The position numbers and the translations under genes are program-made. The notes under the pieces are model-generated. The model saw nothing but the letters and a program-made list of their open reading frames with translations, ran no database searches and was not told the origin of the DNA. Below are positions 1 to 12,725 of a DNA stretch of 32,722 nt, one piece after another (positions within the stretch are counted from its first letter, which is position 1; each line of letters begins with the position of its first letter). The stretch lies in the NCBI GenBank assembly GCA_031763465.1, contig JARFOE010000057.1, positions 3,956,178 to 3,988,899 on the forward strand, written 5' to 3'. This DNA comes from Squatina squatina. Lineage: Eukaryota.

Positions 1-418
1 AGGAAATTTAACTTCGAGTGTGGAGGACACCACACTCGGCAAGCTCAGCATGCTGTGTTAGACTACCAGCCTACAGGAATACAGTATGCTGCCATATCCT
101 CACATTAAGCAATCAAGGATAGTGGCTGGGAATACCCTCGATCTTTTTATATTCAGACCTATCACTGATGCTAGAATCACATCCCACAGGGGGCAACGGA
201 TAGTTTTGTAGCAAACAGAAAATCTATTGAGAATCAGACTAAGATCTTTGATCAACATGTTTCTCCAAACCTAGTTGAAAATATTCAGTGTTAGGACTGT
301 GCAGGAAGTTACTGTACCAGTACATTGTAATCAGAATCACATTACAAAGGACAGTCGGCCCATCTGTTGTTTGCTCCTTTATAACCTGAAACTCTGGCAC
401 CTTGCTTCTTTTTTGCAG

Positions 419-460
419 AGTGTATGACGTCCAACACCAGTGACAGTGAAAGCAGCTCCA
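419..460 (+). CDS. DLG3: DLG3 (SAP102) 42-nt hook-region exon, xCMTSNTSDSESSSx, phase 1-1
   Basis: Acceptor cttcttttttgcAG (417-418) and donor GTAAGT (461). The translation matches the DLG3 hook-region segment GVTSNTSDSESSSK between SH3 and GK. Confidence 0.88.
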
Positions 461-510
461 GTAAGTAACCCCTTCGGGTTCCTTCATTTATTTTTCTTCT
501 CCCTTTGCAG

Positions 511-540
511 GTCGTTTGTCTCCACGGGTCCTGTCCTCAG
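511..540 (+). CDS. DLG3: Candidate 30-nt in-frame DLG3 microexon, xRLSPRVLSSx, phase 1-1
   Basis: Long polypyrimidine tract ending ccctttgcAG (509-510), donor CAG|GTGGGA (541), length divisible by 3, no stop in the DLG3 phase. No homology support recalled. Confidence 0.4.
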
Positions 541-813
541 GTGGGACAGACAGTTGAGAACATTGACCACCCGCACAGCCTTATCATGAGGCCACCACCG
601 TATTCAACCTTTTTATGGTTGGAGAGAGAATCGGGACCCAGCCTGATTCGGGCTAAAGAAAACAGTTGGAACCCCAAACTCTACTCACTGTCGCCAGGGC
701 TGGAGAGAGTTGGNNNNNNNNNNNNNNNNNNNNNNNNNNNNNNNNNNNNNNNNNNNNNNNNNNNNNNNNNNNNNNNNNNNNNNNNNNNNNNNNNNNNNNN
801 NNNNNNNNNNNNN

Positions 814-2500
814 ACAGGGCCAGGTATTGGGGGAACACACCCCAAGACCAGATATTGGTTGGAGATTGCCAGTCCCATTTATAAAGGAACACCATTCCAG
901 TGTAGTCACAGGGGAATACAGGGCAGGAACAGATATGGGGAAGGGGATTCCCAGTCCCACGAATGAGGGAATCCTCCAGTACAGTAATTGGGAGAATCTA
1001 CCACAGGACGAGCTAATTTTTGAAATTCCTCGTTCCACACTGCCCTCCAGCATAAATATTGGATGAGATTCCCAGTCCCATAGATGAGGGAATACCACGC
1101 CAAGATCAAATATTGGGGAAAAAACCCCCAGACCAAATATTGGTGGGGGTGGAACCCAGGGCCAGATATTGGAGATTCTACCGCAGGATCTCCCATGTTT
1201 GTGGGAATTGCCCCATTATAGAGCAGACATTGGGGGAATATAATCCAGGCCAGATATTGCGGGAGGTTCCTATTCCCATCCGTGAAGGAATCCCCCTGTA
1301 CAGTCAATGGAGGAATACACCGCAGGTCACAATATTAGGGAAATACATGCCAGGATTCGATACAGGCGAATCACCCGTGGAGCAGATTTTGGGGGAATAC
1401 ACCCCAGAATCAGATAGTTCGGTAATACATCCAAGGAACAGAAATGTGGGAATCCCTAGATGCATATATAAGGGAATACACCCCCTCTCCAATGAAAGCA
1501 ATACGGTAATGCACCAGATACTGAGGAATATACCACAGGACCATTGGAGGATATTCCCAGTCCCATATATGAGGGAATCCTCCCCAAGTACAGTATTTGG
1601 GAGAATACATGCCAAGCTCAGATATTGGGGGAGATTTTCAGGACCATGAGTAAGGAATTCTGCTCGTACTGTCATTGGGGAACTGAACCCTCGGACCAAA
1701 TATTGGGAGATATTGCCAGTCCCAGGTAAAATGGAACTCTGCTCTCACCTGCCCCAGTTTGGTAATTGGTGGAATACACTCCAGGAATAGGCATTTTGCG
1801 AGATTACCAGTCCCATGTATGAGGGGATACCCCGCCAATATAGTCATAGGTGGAATATGCCCCAGGAACCGATAATGGGTGAATAAACCCCAGGACCAGA
1901 AATTGGGGGAGATCACCAGTATGAGGAATCCTTTCAGTACGAACAATACACCCCAGGACCAGATGTTGGAGAAAGACACCCAAGGACCAGATCTTGGAGG
2001 ATATTTCCAGTTTCATGTATGAGGGAATCACCACCCGATCTGGACCGTAGAAGCATTGGTGGAATGCACCCCAGAACCTGATATGGGGGCAATACACCCC
2101 AGGACTAGATCCTGGGTGAATATAACCCAGGACCAGATATCAGGGAAGATTCCCAGTCAGTATATGAGCAAATTCACCCACAACCACATTCATCAGGGAA
2201 TACACCCCAGGATGAAATCTTGGGTAAGATTCCCCGGATTGTGTTTGAGGTTATCCCCCAGATCAGTACTTGGGGGAGATACCCAGTCCCATGTATGAGC
2301 GAATCCCCCCAGTACAGTCATTGGGGGAAATACACCCCAGGACCAGATATTGGGGAAATACAACCCAGGACATGATATTGCGGCAATGTATACCATATTG
2401 GGGCGATTCCCAGTCTCATATATGAGGGAATCACCACACCGCACTCCCCAGTACAAGAGTTGGGGTATAAAACACAAGACCATATATCAGGGGTAAATTC
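814..2500. repeat. Degenerate composite tandem repeat (satellite-like) in a DLG3 intron
   Basis: Many diverged copies of two modules, ~GGAATACACCCCAGGACCAGATATTGGG and ~GAGATTCCCAGTCCCATATATGAGGGAATC...CAGTACAGTCATTGG, e.g. 832-885, 1550-1632, 2274-2370. Confidence 0.85.
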
Positions 2501-2509
2501 AAGTCCCAG

Positions 2510-2993
2510 GAGGGGTGATCAAATAGAGGTCTTAAAATTATGAAAGGTTTTGACACAGAGGGCTCGAAATTTGTCTCGGCCGGTGCTGCAAAACTGACAG
2601 AATAGAATTGGCCACCCGTTATACGCAGCGCCTGATATTCAATTTCACTGACTTTCAAGGCCACAGATCGTGTTTCCACTTGTGGGGAAGAGCAAAACTA
2701 GAGGCCATCAATATAAGATAGTCACCAAGAAATTAAATAGGGAATTCAGAAGAGACTTCTTTACCCGGAGAGTGGTGAGGAGGTGGTACTCACTATCACA
2801 GGGAGTGGTTGAAGCGAATAGTATAGATCCATTTAAGGGGAGGTGAGACAAGCATATGAGGGAGAAAGGAAAAGAGGGTTATGCTGATAGAGTTAGATAA
2901 GGAAGGATGGGAGGAGGCTCAAGTGGAGCATAAACGCCTGCACAGACTGGTTGGGCCAAATGCCCTGTTTCTACGCAGTATTGTCTTATGTAA
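2510..2993 (+). mobile_element. CR1-clade LINE 3' end (end of RT ORF plus 3' UTR), 5'-truncated, with a ~105-bp insertion at ~2560-2667
   Basis: Typical CR1 tail: aaaactagaggccat...ttctttaccc.gagagtggtgag...atttaagggg...ttgggccaaatg.cctgtttct. Confidence 0.8.
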
Positions 2994-3047
2994 TTCACAA
3001 TACATCAAATGAAATATAATTTAATATGCTGCTGTTCTGCCTTGTAG

Positions 3048-3220
3048 ACACCACCAGGTCAAGACGTGAAAATGAAATTGACGGGCAGGATTATCACTTT
3101 GTAATTTCCCGAGAGCAGATGGAGAAAGACATTCAGGACAATAAGTTCATCGAAGCTGGCCAATATAATGACAATCTGTATGGGACCAGCATTCAATCTG
3201 TTAGAGCTGTAGCTGAAAGG
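3048..3220 (+). CDS. DLG3: DLG3 guanylate-kinase domain exon (173 nt), (H)[57 protein letters not shown]
   Basis: Acceptor cttgtAG (3046-3047) and donor GTGAGT (3221). [21 protein letters not shown] and [13 protein letters not shown] fit DLG3 better than DLG1/2/4. Confidence 0.93.
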
Positions 3221-3904
3221 GTGAGTACAGCTAAGGGTTACAAAAATAAAATTTCTATCTCGTTAAAGGGAAGGCTAACTGTTACTTTGAGGAATGATGC
3301 ATTACCTGCTGTCACAATGGGCTCTTTTACTCTTAAACTGAAGTTAAATCTACACATACAACAAGAAACTGCCCATCATCCATGAGGAAAACCACTTGGA
3401 ACACTCTCCATAAGGTGATCTCCTCTTTTGGGTTCAGATAAGCTCTAATCACAGTCGAAATACAGATTTACTCCGACACTGGATAATAAAACAAAACTTT
3501 GTGTGTTGAAGTTACAGCAAAGAATTGCTGCTAACAATGGGAGAGAAAAGAATTGCAGGTGAGTCTTAGAATAAGTCTGAATTTATATAACTGGAGACAA
3601 GATCAGCAGGACTTTAAAAGAGACCTTCCTGAAATGAATTGACCCAAGGAGATTCTCTTGGTGGATAATGGGCAGTATCTTACTGTATGAAGGACTGAAC
3701 CCATGAAAAATTGTCACTGAATAGGTAAACTACTCCCACTAAAAATACACTTCTTGAAGTCTCAAATGGCTCCAAGGGTAAATATGCTGCATACAGTACT
3801 ATGGTACTGAGTCTACTTGCCTGTTGGTCATCTTAAGTTTTCTAGGTTCACATGTATGCAGATCAAGAAAGTCCCAGGGTTCATCCCTTGTCTATAATGA
3901 GTTA

Positions 3905-4171
3905 GAAACATAGAAAATAGGAGCAGGAGTGGGCCATTCGGCCCTTCGAGCCTGCTCTGCTATTCAATATGATCACGGCTGATCATCCAAATTCACTACC
4001 CTGTTCCTGCTTTCTCCCTCTATCCCTTTAGCAATAAGAACTATATCTAACTCCTTCTTGAATATATTTAATGATTTGGCCTCAACTGCCTTCCGTGGTA
4101 GAGAATTCCACAGGTTCACCACTCTCTGGGTGAAGAAATTCCTCCTCATCTCAGTCCTAAATGGCTTACCC
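3905..4171 (-). mobile_element. CR1-like LINE 3' end, antisense, running into a gap
   Basis: agaaacatagaaaataggagcaggagt.ggccattcggcccttcgagcctgctc...agagaattccacaggttcaccactctctgggtgaagaaatt is the reverse complement of a shark-type CR1 tail. Confidence 0.8.
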
Positions 4172-4271
4172 NNNNNNNNNNNNNNNNNNNNNNNNNNNNN
4201 NNNNNNNNNNNNNNNNNNNNNNNNNNNNNNNNNNNNNNNNNNNNNNNNNNNNNNNNNNNNNNNNNNNNNNN

Positions 4272-4370
4272 GGGTGTAGGACTGAGCACGACTGCTCTTT
4301 CAAAGAGCCAGCACAGGCACGACCGGCTGAAGGACCTCTTTCCGTGCTGTAAGTTTCTGATTCAATGATT
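4272..4370 (+). mobile_element. CR1-like LINE 3' UTR remnant
   Basis: gctctttcaaagagccagcacaggcacga..ggctgaaggacct..ttccgtgctgtaa...tgattc tail motif. Confidence 0.6.
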
Positions 4371-4814
4371 TACTGTGTTCATCATCTGTAGTTTTGAACA
4401 TTACAAAGGAGAAATATCGAATTCAAAATGTTTGTTTTCATTCTAATCCATAATTCAAACCAGAAATGAGCAGTATGGAATAGAAAATGGCGGCAAGAAA
4501 TTCTCACATCAGTGTCTAAGACGCAAGTAAAATCTGGTTATTGCTGACTGGAATGACTGCTGGATTCATCAGAGATAACCTTGCTGAGGTTTGAACTTCT
4601 CGACGCAACATAACGGAGACATTTATTATAATGGCTTGCCTCCACTCCAAAACAGCTCAGACTGCTGTGAATGAGAGGCAAGGCCATTATAATAAATGTC
4701 TTCTTATTGTTATAAGAAGGTTTGACTGTTCCCCAACCGACTTTGTGGTTAAATCTCCCAGACAGTGCAACACAGAGCCATATTCTTCTGAAAAGTCCCT
4801 AGTTCAAACTGTGA

Positions 4815-5095
4815 TAAGTGCAGAGTTTGATCATCTCAAGCCAGAGTGACAACTGGAGTGTAACAGCTTTCCTCACTCTCCCTGGGATGAGAGAAGTGGA
4901 GAGAATAGGCAGGGTTTCCACTCCTGATCACTGTTCAGTGGCCTGTGCCAGAACCATGTACATGTGAACTTTAGCTAGGGGCAGGGTCAGGCTTAACTGT
5001 AGTATCACTTATGCTGAAATAGCCTTTCAGTGCTCACTGTCAAGATGTATGTGGAGCCTTGTCCCAGCAAGATTACTGCCTTTAGGAGAAGAGGA
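4815..5095 (+). mobile_element. Degenerate SINE body (a related tRNA-like head lies at ~3765-3905)
   Basis: cagggtttccactcctgatcactgttcagtg...gggcagggtcaggcttaactgt...gaaatagcct...ctcactgtc resembles the antisense copy at ~22325-22620. Confidence 0.45.
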
Positions 5096-5218
5096 CAGAA
5101 TAATATATTTCTTCGTATCCTGATCTTACCTTGTTTTCATAGTATACATTGCTCTTAATTTTAGAACTACAACACATTTTTCAATGGTTTTGTTATTAAA
5201 GTTGTTCCATTCCTGCAG

Positions 5219-5328
5219 GGAAAACACTGCATACTTGATGTGTCTGGGAATGCGATTAAGAGGTTACAGCTTGCACTACTTTATTCAGTTGCCATTTTCA
5301 TCAAACCCAGATCTGTGCAATCCCTCAT
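5219..5328 (+). CDS. DLG3: DLG3 guanylate-kinase domain exon (110 nt), GKHCILDVSGNAIKRLQLALLYSVAIFIKPRSVQSL(M)
   Basis: Acceptor ttcctgcAG (5217-5218), in frame with exon 3048-3220. GKHCILDVSGNAIKRLQ is a DLG-family hallmark. The donor at 5329 is a weak GTCAAA. Confidence 0.9.
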
Positions 5329-8300
5329 GTCAAATCATGTGAATGACAACTGCTTACTACAACCTGACAGATTTTGGAGACTGCTCAGCATATTTACTAG
5401 TAACATCAATGGAAATCAGTCTCCTCGAAGGTTCAGTGAATGTGCATTTTGTTTTGCTTTTTTTCCTCTTTGTATCATGGTTTTATGTCTAGTCAACACT
5501 TTTGAAAGAAGGAATATGCAAGGGCCTTTTCAAAACTTTGCACCAGTTTCCTTCATTCTAGCCACCCTGTGAAAAGTTTGAAGCGAACACTTAGACATTT
5601 TTCATTTGTACAGATTCTCCCAAAACAATTCAAGTACTTGTTGTGAAATTCTCAATAAGTCATTGACTTTCAGTGCAGATGGAATAATCTCTCTTTGTAG
5701 AATAGCATAAGATTTGTAGTGATAGCAAAGGCTTCCTCAACATAGTGGCACACTGTGTAATGCTGTTTATTTAGACTTTCAGAAAATTGCACATGAAAGC
5801 CTACTAGTTAAACTAAAAGCCAGGACAGAACATTGTGTCAGATAAAAATGCTGATTAGGTAACAAAGAATATTTGAGATTCATAATGTCAGACTGGGGTG
5901 AATTTTCAAGTCCAGCAGGGGTCAATGCTTGGATCCCTGGAATCAATGAACTGGATATTGACACTAACTATAATCTTGTCAGATTTGCAAGGAAAGAAAC
6001 AGAGACAGACTTTGGCTGAATATTTGCAAAATGATTCAAATCAAATTTAACATTTCTAAATGTGAAGTACCCCTTAGATGCAAGGCCTCTGAAAAATAGA
6101 CAGAATCAGTGAATGCAATACCCAAAACACTAAAAAAAAATCCTCTAATTCTATGTAGTGAAAGCAAAATTTAACTTATTGAATCACCAAAAACCAATGG
6201 GCCTAATTTATAAGCAGATAAAATTGTAGAATATGGTCCCCAAAACACCAGTGAAAATCTCAAACCTCCATGTGATAAACATGGACTTTGGCTCATTCGT
6301 CACTGGAAAACCATTGTCTTGCTCATAGATCAAAAATATACAATGAATACAGTTGAAGTAACACCAGGAAATTTTGAAAGGTATGTGAGAACAATAGTAG
6401 ATACAATACTTACAGCACAGAAACCATCTGGTAAAAGTNNNNNNNNNNNNNNNNNNNNNNNNNNNNNNNNNNNNNNNNNNNNNNNNNNNNNNNNNNNNNN
6501 NNNNNNNNNNNNNNNNNNNNNNNNNNNNNNNNNNNNNNTATACTTCTGTGATTACTCATAGCAGCGCTTTTAAAGACACACGTTGTATACAATTCCTCAT
6601 CTCAAGAGGAGAATGAAGAGAATGAAAATCAGAAAAGAATTTCAAATCATGATTGTGGTACTGTAGATGAAAATATAAAAGAATGATAATTTTCAACATA
6701 TTAAATTGCACATTGTTTTACACATCAAAACATGGTTGTCTGCATGGACATTTTAAATTTTTTTTTGCTGTTTTACAAAAAATTAAATGTGATTCCAGTA
6801 AGAACTGACAGGTGAATGGTAAACGAAGAATATGTAAATTGCTCAAATTGATGCTGTTCACGTGGCTTTGTACGAATGAAATGTTAGAAATGTATTTTTT
6901 GTCTTTGTCTAAAATGCCCTATCTCTCCCTTTTAGTGAAATCAATCAATCTCCTTTGAACTGGATTTAATTTAAATTTGTCGTGGTCAGGAAACCTTTCT
7001 ACATCACTACACAACTAAAAATACTTTTATGTAGAGAATCACAAATCCAATCTATCTATCTTGTCAATACGCAATGCGAGTCCTTCGTTCCTTTCATGTA
7101 TTTATATATAAACATATTGTTGCACAATACTTTCCCTTAATTAAGGAACCAAGGTAATAGCTGGAATTTCTGTTTTGAAGTTCCCCAAAATGAAAGTAAA
7201 ACAACCTAATCGAATGAGGAAGATGTATGTTGTAACCTTGAAATTCTGTGTTAGCAACTGAGCATGAGGGACTTGAATAGTTTGGCTTTCTTCAAAGGAA
7301 GTATTCATCATCTGTTTTTTGAACTGATATCTAAATTGGTCAGGATAGGTGCAAATCTTTGTAGTGACAATTTTTACTCTTTTACAAAGAGTTCTGGATA
7401 TTTTATTTGAGGTGAGTTACCAGGGGACAGAAAATGGGGGTTTATTTGTTGGTGGTAAAGACATGCCATTGATGTTTGAGATGCAGGATGTAATTTATGA
7501 AATGTACACAAAACTAATGAATATGGTGCATCTTTGGACATTAGTGATCATTGCTTTAAATAGATAGACAAGTATGAAAAGAGTTCAGAGAGCTCTTCAG
7601 CTGCCACAGTTCCTCTTGGAATAGGTTAGTCTGATCATCTTTGGGGCATAACTTCTATTACTGGATCTGTCACTGACCTTGGTTTTCAATGTAATCATAG
7701 TGATCACTGCTGCAGTCCATAAGATATCAATGTTGCATGTAAAATCAACAATNNNNNNNNNNNNNNNNNNNNNNNNNNCTGCAACTTTGATCAACAAGGA
7801 AGTTTATCCAGTAGATATTCCCCACAAGGTGACTGTGTCAACACATAAGTGCAGTTATCCCAGGCCTTTTATATGGACTACTGTATTATGTACAGCTATT
7901 ATTACCTATTACACTATACTGCAAAATGTTATTTTCTAATGGTAGTTGGAACAGTATAGCACAACAACAAAAGGGATAAGTAGATAGGAAACAGTGCTGA
8001 ATGGTTTGAGGGTTAGACAGGAAGCCTTTCCTGGCTTCCTTTTTATTTAGTCCAACTCTCATATAATAGTCTTAAAGATATTGATTCAGTGACCAATGTG
8101 TAGTAAATGATTCATGTCCCTATAGTTTTGGGCAGGAGGGGAGATCAAGTGCCTATGTTGTAAAGCTGAAGGCCATTCTGCATTGGATTCATTTCCCCTC
8201 TGTACTGCAGCACAGCAGTATCTTTCAAATGCTCCACTTTGTGGTTGGGTTTTGCTTCCTTCCAGATATGCAGATTACAGGAAATAGGCTTTATATTTCA

Positions 8301-11015
8301 GGCTGTGATTTTTCAATTAAGCATATTTTAACTCTCAGGGTTTCCAATGGAGTAACTTTGATAATTGGCCCAAGCACAGTAAATATTTCCACGAGTAGGA
8401 TGAGGCTTGTGTGCCTGTTCTTAACTAGGCCAAGTCACTTTATATAATAGCAATGAGGTCAGATTGGAATAATAACCTCCATTTCATGAGTGGGAGGGTT
8501 ATACGTACCCAAGATATTGCAGATGAACTCGACTCATAACCAATTTCCCTGTATTTTTTGCAGGATGAATATTTTACTTTCTTCCATCACAAAAACTAGT
8601 CTTTTATAAATTTCTCCCAAAGTAAACTGGCAACCAAGCCAGCAACATTGAAATGGATGAACATTTTGATCCATTTTCAATGGTTGCCTCCAGATTTCTA
8701 CACTCTTAGCCACAGTCATGCTTTCATAGTTCACATTTGCTGAATATTACTAAGTGATAATGGATTATTGGTTGGACAGAAATTAAAGTCGTAAAAGTAG
8801 TAAAATATTGAAGTATACTAAAGACCAATGTGGCAGATAACACATCCCAGTGAAGTCTCATACATTTTGTACAGAGAAGACAGTAAATTGACAAGGTTTG
8901 ATGGTGCAACATCCGGTTCTAGAAATAAGTCAGAAAAGGTCCTCAACTTATACTCTTCTGTGCAAAAGGTAATTCCACCCAATAGTAAAAATTAGCTATT
9001 TTGGTCTTCCCTTTACATTTTTTGTCTCTTTCTTCCCTGATGAACAGTTAGCTGTTGGACTTCCAATGATTCCTCCCAGTGATCCCAATAAATCTTTTTT
9101 TGTCTCTCTATTTTGGTATTTGCATTGATGAAAGTATTTATTTTCTGTTTTTATTTTTTAAATAACCATGGTTTGTTATTTATATGCCCCATTTTGTTTA
9201 AAATTTATTTTGCCACATCATTAAGCACATGTAAAAATTGCATTTTACCTGTTCTAAGTGTCATAAACCCACATTATTGTTTCTTTGCATGTGACAGGCC
9301 AACTGTGGAAGTTTCTCAGCTGACTTGTTTTTGTGCAAGATTTGATCTAAGTTCAGTGGCATTTACTTCTCCTGTACCCCGCCCGTCCTGCCTGTGTAGC
9401 CTGNNNNNNNNNNNGTAGCCTGGTCTGTTGGGTGATCTCCTAGGCCTAGGAATGACCCTGCGCTTAATGTGTTTGTTTGAAATTACTTTGTCCATTGTTT
9501 TAACAAAAGCATTAACCTGTTTATTTTAAAAGTAATATTGCAGTGTAATTTCTAAGCTAAAATGTGCTGTATATCTGCTGGCCTGCTCCAATTGACGAGG
9601 ATTATTTTCTTGTACATACAGTTATAAATGCATAAAAGAAGAAAATCAGCCTTCACCTACCAGTCCAGGAATGCACTTAAACACCCAGGGCAGAGAATAC
9701 TTTTTTTTAAAAGAACAAGGAAATTAAATAACCAGTAGAGTAGCAAAGTTTAAACTAAACTAAATGTTGGGGTAATGGGAGGGCTGCCAGTCTACTTCAG
9801 TTTATTCTACTTTGATCACCATTTGCAGCACATAGTGACAGATGGGAAGGAAATACAGTCTTTAAAGAGAGAATCTGTTTTTAGGCTGGAATTTCTAACC
9901 TTGACCAATCTTATTACATAGTGCTAAGGTATTCCAAAAAAATTAAAGGGTAAAGAGAATATTTTATAACTGAAGTCATGAGACATTTTTATGTGTACTG
10001 CACAGTAAAGTACAAGCTGTAGAGAATCTATTTTGGAAGGTTTGAGGCAGCTGGACGTATTCAAAAGTGGTATTTTAAAATGTTTTAACTGTGGTGCTTA
10101 CAGCACTGTTGCAAGGTATTTTTCTCTCTTGAGGAAATGTTAACATTTATTACTATTAGACCAAGACACACATTGGGATCACAGTATATTTGGCAAATGT
10201 CCAGAAAACTTACAATTTCCATAACCTGTAGCTTTCAAAAAAATTGCTGGAGATTCATCCCATTTCTGTCATCACTGCTCAATAATTGGCCATGCGGAGG
10301 TGCCGAAGAGGGTCTTTGATTATCTCACCCATGATTGCCCCTCTCTAACTGNNNNNNNNNNNNNNNNNNNNNNNNNNNNNNNNNNNNNNNNNNNNNNNNN
10401 NNNNNNNNNNNNNNNNNNNNNNNNNNNNNNNNNNNNNNNNNNNNNNNNNNNAATTGATTCAAAGGGCTAAATTCTGCACAGTCACAGCATCTATGAGCCA
10501 GATTTTTAATTGAGAGGGCGAGTTTGAAAAAATGTAATCAATGGAATTCTTAGCGGTGACATGCTTAAGAATATTGATGGTCTGATTTTTGAAATGTAGC
10601 CTACACAGAATGTCACTAAATAACACATCTTTGTTGCTCTGCTCTGTGTGCAGCAAATGATGTGGTTTAGGTTGTAAATGGTGTGGAAGACTGTACCAGG
10701 ATTGTTATGTCAATGGTGTTGAATTCTGTACCAGGATATTTCAGGTCTTACTAGGACCTCAGCTAACATGGGCATACAGTGAGCATGCAAATTCATTTAG
10801 TGCAGGCTATCATGCTATTAGGAATAACCGAGGAAATCTCATGCACTCATAAGTTTCATTCAATACTTTTTCATTATTGTGTGCAGACCACACCAAGTGT
10901 GCAGGGATCACCAAGGGCCTGAAAGTACAATGTACAATAAAATAGTAGTCACTCAAGGCAACTCAAGCAACAACCCACACCTTGGGCTGTCAAAGTAAGT
11001 GTGTAAAGAGACATC

Positions 11016-11393
11016 GTCTTCGGCCGCTTGAGGAAAAGAGTGTTTGAAGATAAGGACCTCAAACCCGGCACCAAGCTCATGGTCTACAGGGCAACAGTGA
11101 TACCCGCCCTCCAGTATGCATCAGAGACATGGACAATATACAGTAGAGACCTCAAAACACTGGAGAAGTACCACCAACGCTGCCTCCACAAAATCCTGTG
11201 ATTGCACTGGCAGGATAGGTGTACTAATGTCAGTGCCCTCTCTCAGGCCAACATTCCCAGCATCGAGGTATTGGTCATGCTCAACCAGCTGCGATGGGCG
11301 GGCCACATTGTCCGCATGCCCGACTCAAGACTCCCAAAGCAAGCACTCTATTCTGAGCTTTGGTACAGCAAGCGATTACCAGGAGGGCAGAGG
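11016..11393 (+). mobile_element. RTE-clade LINE fragment (post-RT C-terminal region) with an in-frame stop, running into a gap
   Basis: Translates FGRLRKRVFEDKDLKPGTKLMVYRATVIPALQYASETWT...HKIL*LHWQDR...QLRWAGHIVRMPDSRLPKQALYSEL...PGGQR. Confidence 0.88.
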
Positions 11394-12725
11394 NNNNNNN
11401 NNNNNNNNNNNNNNNNNNNNNNNNNNNNNNNNNNNNNNNNNNNNNNNNNNNNNNNNNNNNNNNNNNNNNNNNNNNNNNNNNNNNNNNNNNNNNCAACTTG
11501 CCATGGGAGATGGCCTTCTTTACTGGCCACTAGTAAAAGGAACAGCTGAAGTGCACACACATGCCTTGTACACGCTAGCTATTCAGTACAGACCTGGGGT
11601 AGTGGCCACCATTTTCAACTTTATTGATGTATGAATAGGCAAATTAACAGTCTAATGGATTAGTATACTACACATGCATATTCAGATGAGGTATTCATAA
11701 TGGCCTGTAGGGGCTTCAGTTCCATATACATGCACTTATTATGTTCAGATCAGAAATTTGAAGGACAGCTAAATTAGATCTTACCTATAGTTGGTGTAGA
11801 ATCATTTTATTATTGTGTTCATTTTTGTGCCCAGCAGAGTAAAGGCTACCAAAAAGTAGACTGCAGCTTGGGATTTCAATTCTTGGGTCATAAACATTGT
11901 GTATTCTGTTTAAGGAAATGTAGCTGTGGTAGGGAACTTCCTGTGGTAGATTAGTAGTCCTGATGCAGCCATCCTTTCCCCCAGTTCTACAGTTACATGT
12001 GAATGGTCTGATTTTTTTTTTTAAACTCCCCATTTTGGGATTGGTTCTCTGCAATCCAGGAATTGCAGTAAGAAGCCGCCTGGTTACAGATGTAGAAGAG
12101 TTTGTTGTATACCGTTTGATGCATAACATTTCCCTGATTACATTGTGTGGAAAAACTGTAGGGTTCCAACTGTTGGAATAGTGGCAAATCAAAGGAATAA
12201 CATTTTATTCCAGTTTATTTAAAAAAAAATCAGCTCTGGATATAAAAATAAAACCTGGTTACTTTAATTAAAATCGAGTTAAATTGTTGCTGTCTCTATT
12301 TTCAAAATCTCCCAAGTTTAGCTGAATCCAGCATTTACTTATGGGTTGTTTACAAATATAAGTGTAATCTTTCCTTATTTCCCCCACCCAAGTCATAAGC
12401 AATCACCCTGCTGAATAAATAGTAACTATCAACAGTAGGAATGTCCAAACTACTGTCTGTGGGCTACTGACAACCCGGCCTTAAATCACTGGCAATTCAA
12501 TGCTACATTAGCTTTTATTTCTTACTCACGGGCTAGTCCTTTTGAATTTTGTGATTCTGAATATATGAATAAGGCTCCTTCTGCTGTTGTCTCATTGGTG
12601 GATAAATTCCAAATCAGAATACCAANNNNNNNNNNNNNNNNNNNNNNNNNNNNNNNNNNNNNNNNNNNNNNNNNNNNNNNNNNNNNNNNNNNNNNNNNNN
12701 NNNNNNNNNNNNNNNNNNNNNNNNN

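Noticed and set aside
814-2500. CRISPR-like array or repeat-protein ORFs (e.g. 1059-1649)
   Set aside because: Vertebrate context, degenerate repeats with no unique spacers and no cas genes. The ORFs occur in several frames on both strands as a by-product of the satellite.
5329-5572. Alternative DLG3 C-terminus by intron read-through
   Set aside because: No homology past SVQSLM, and the composition is intron-like. It needs transcript evidence.
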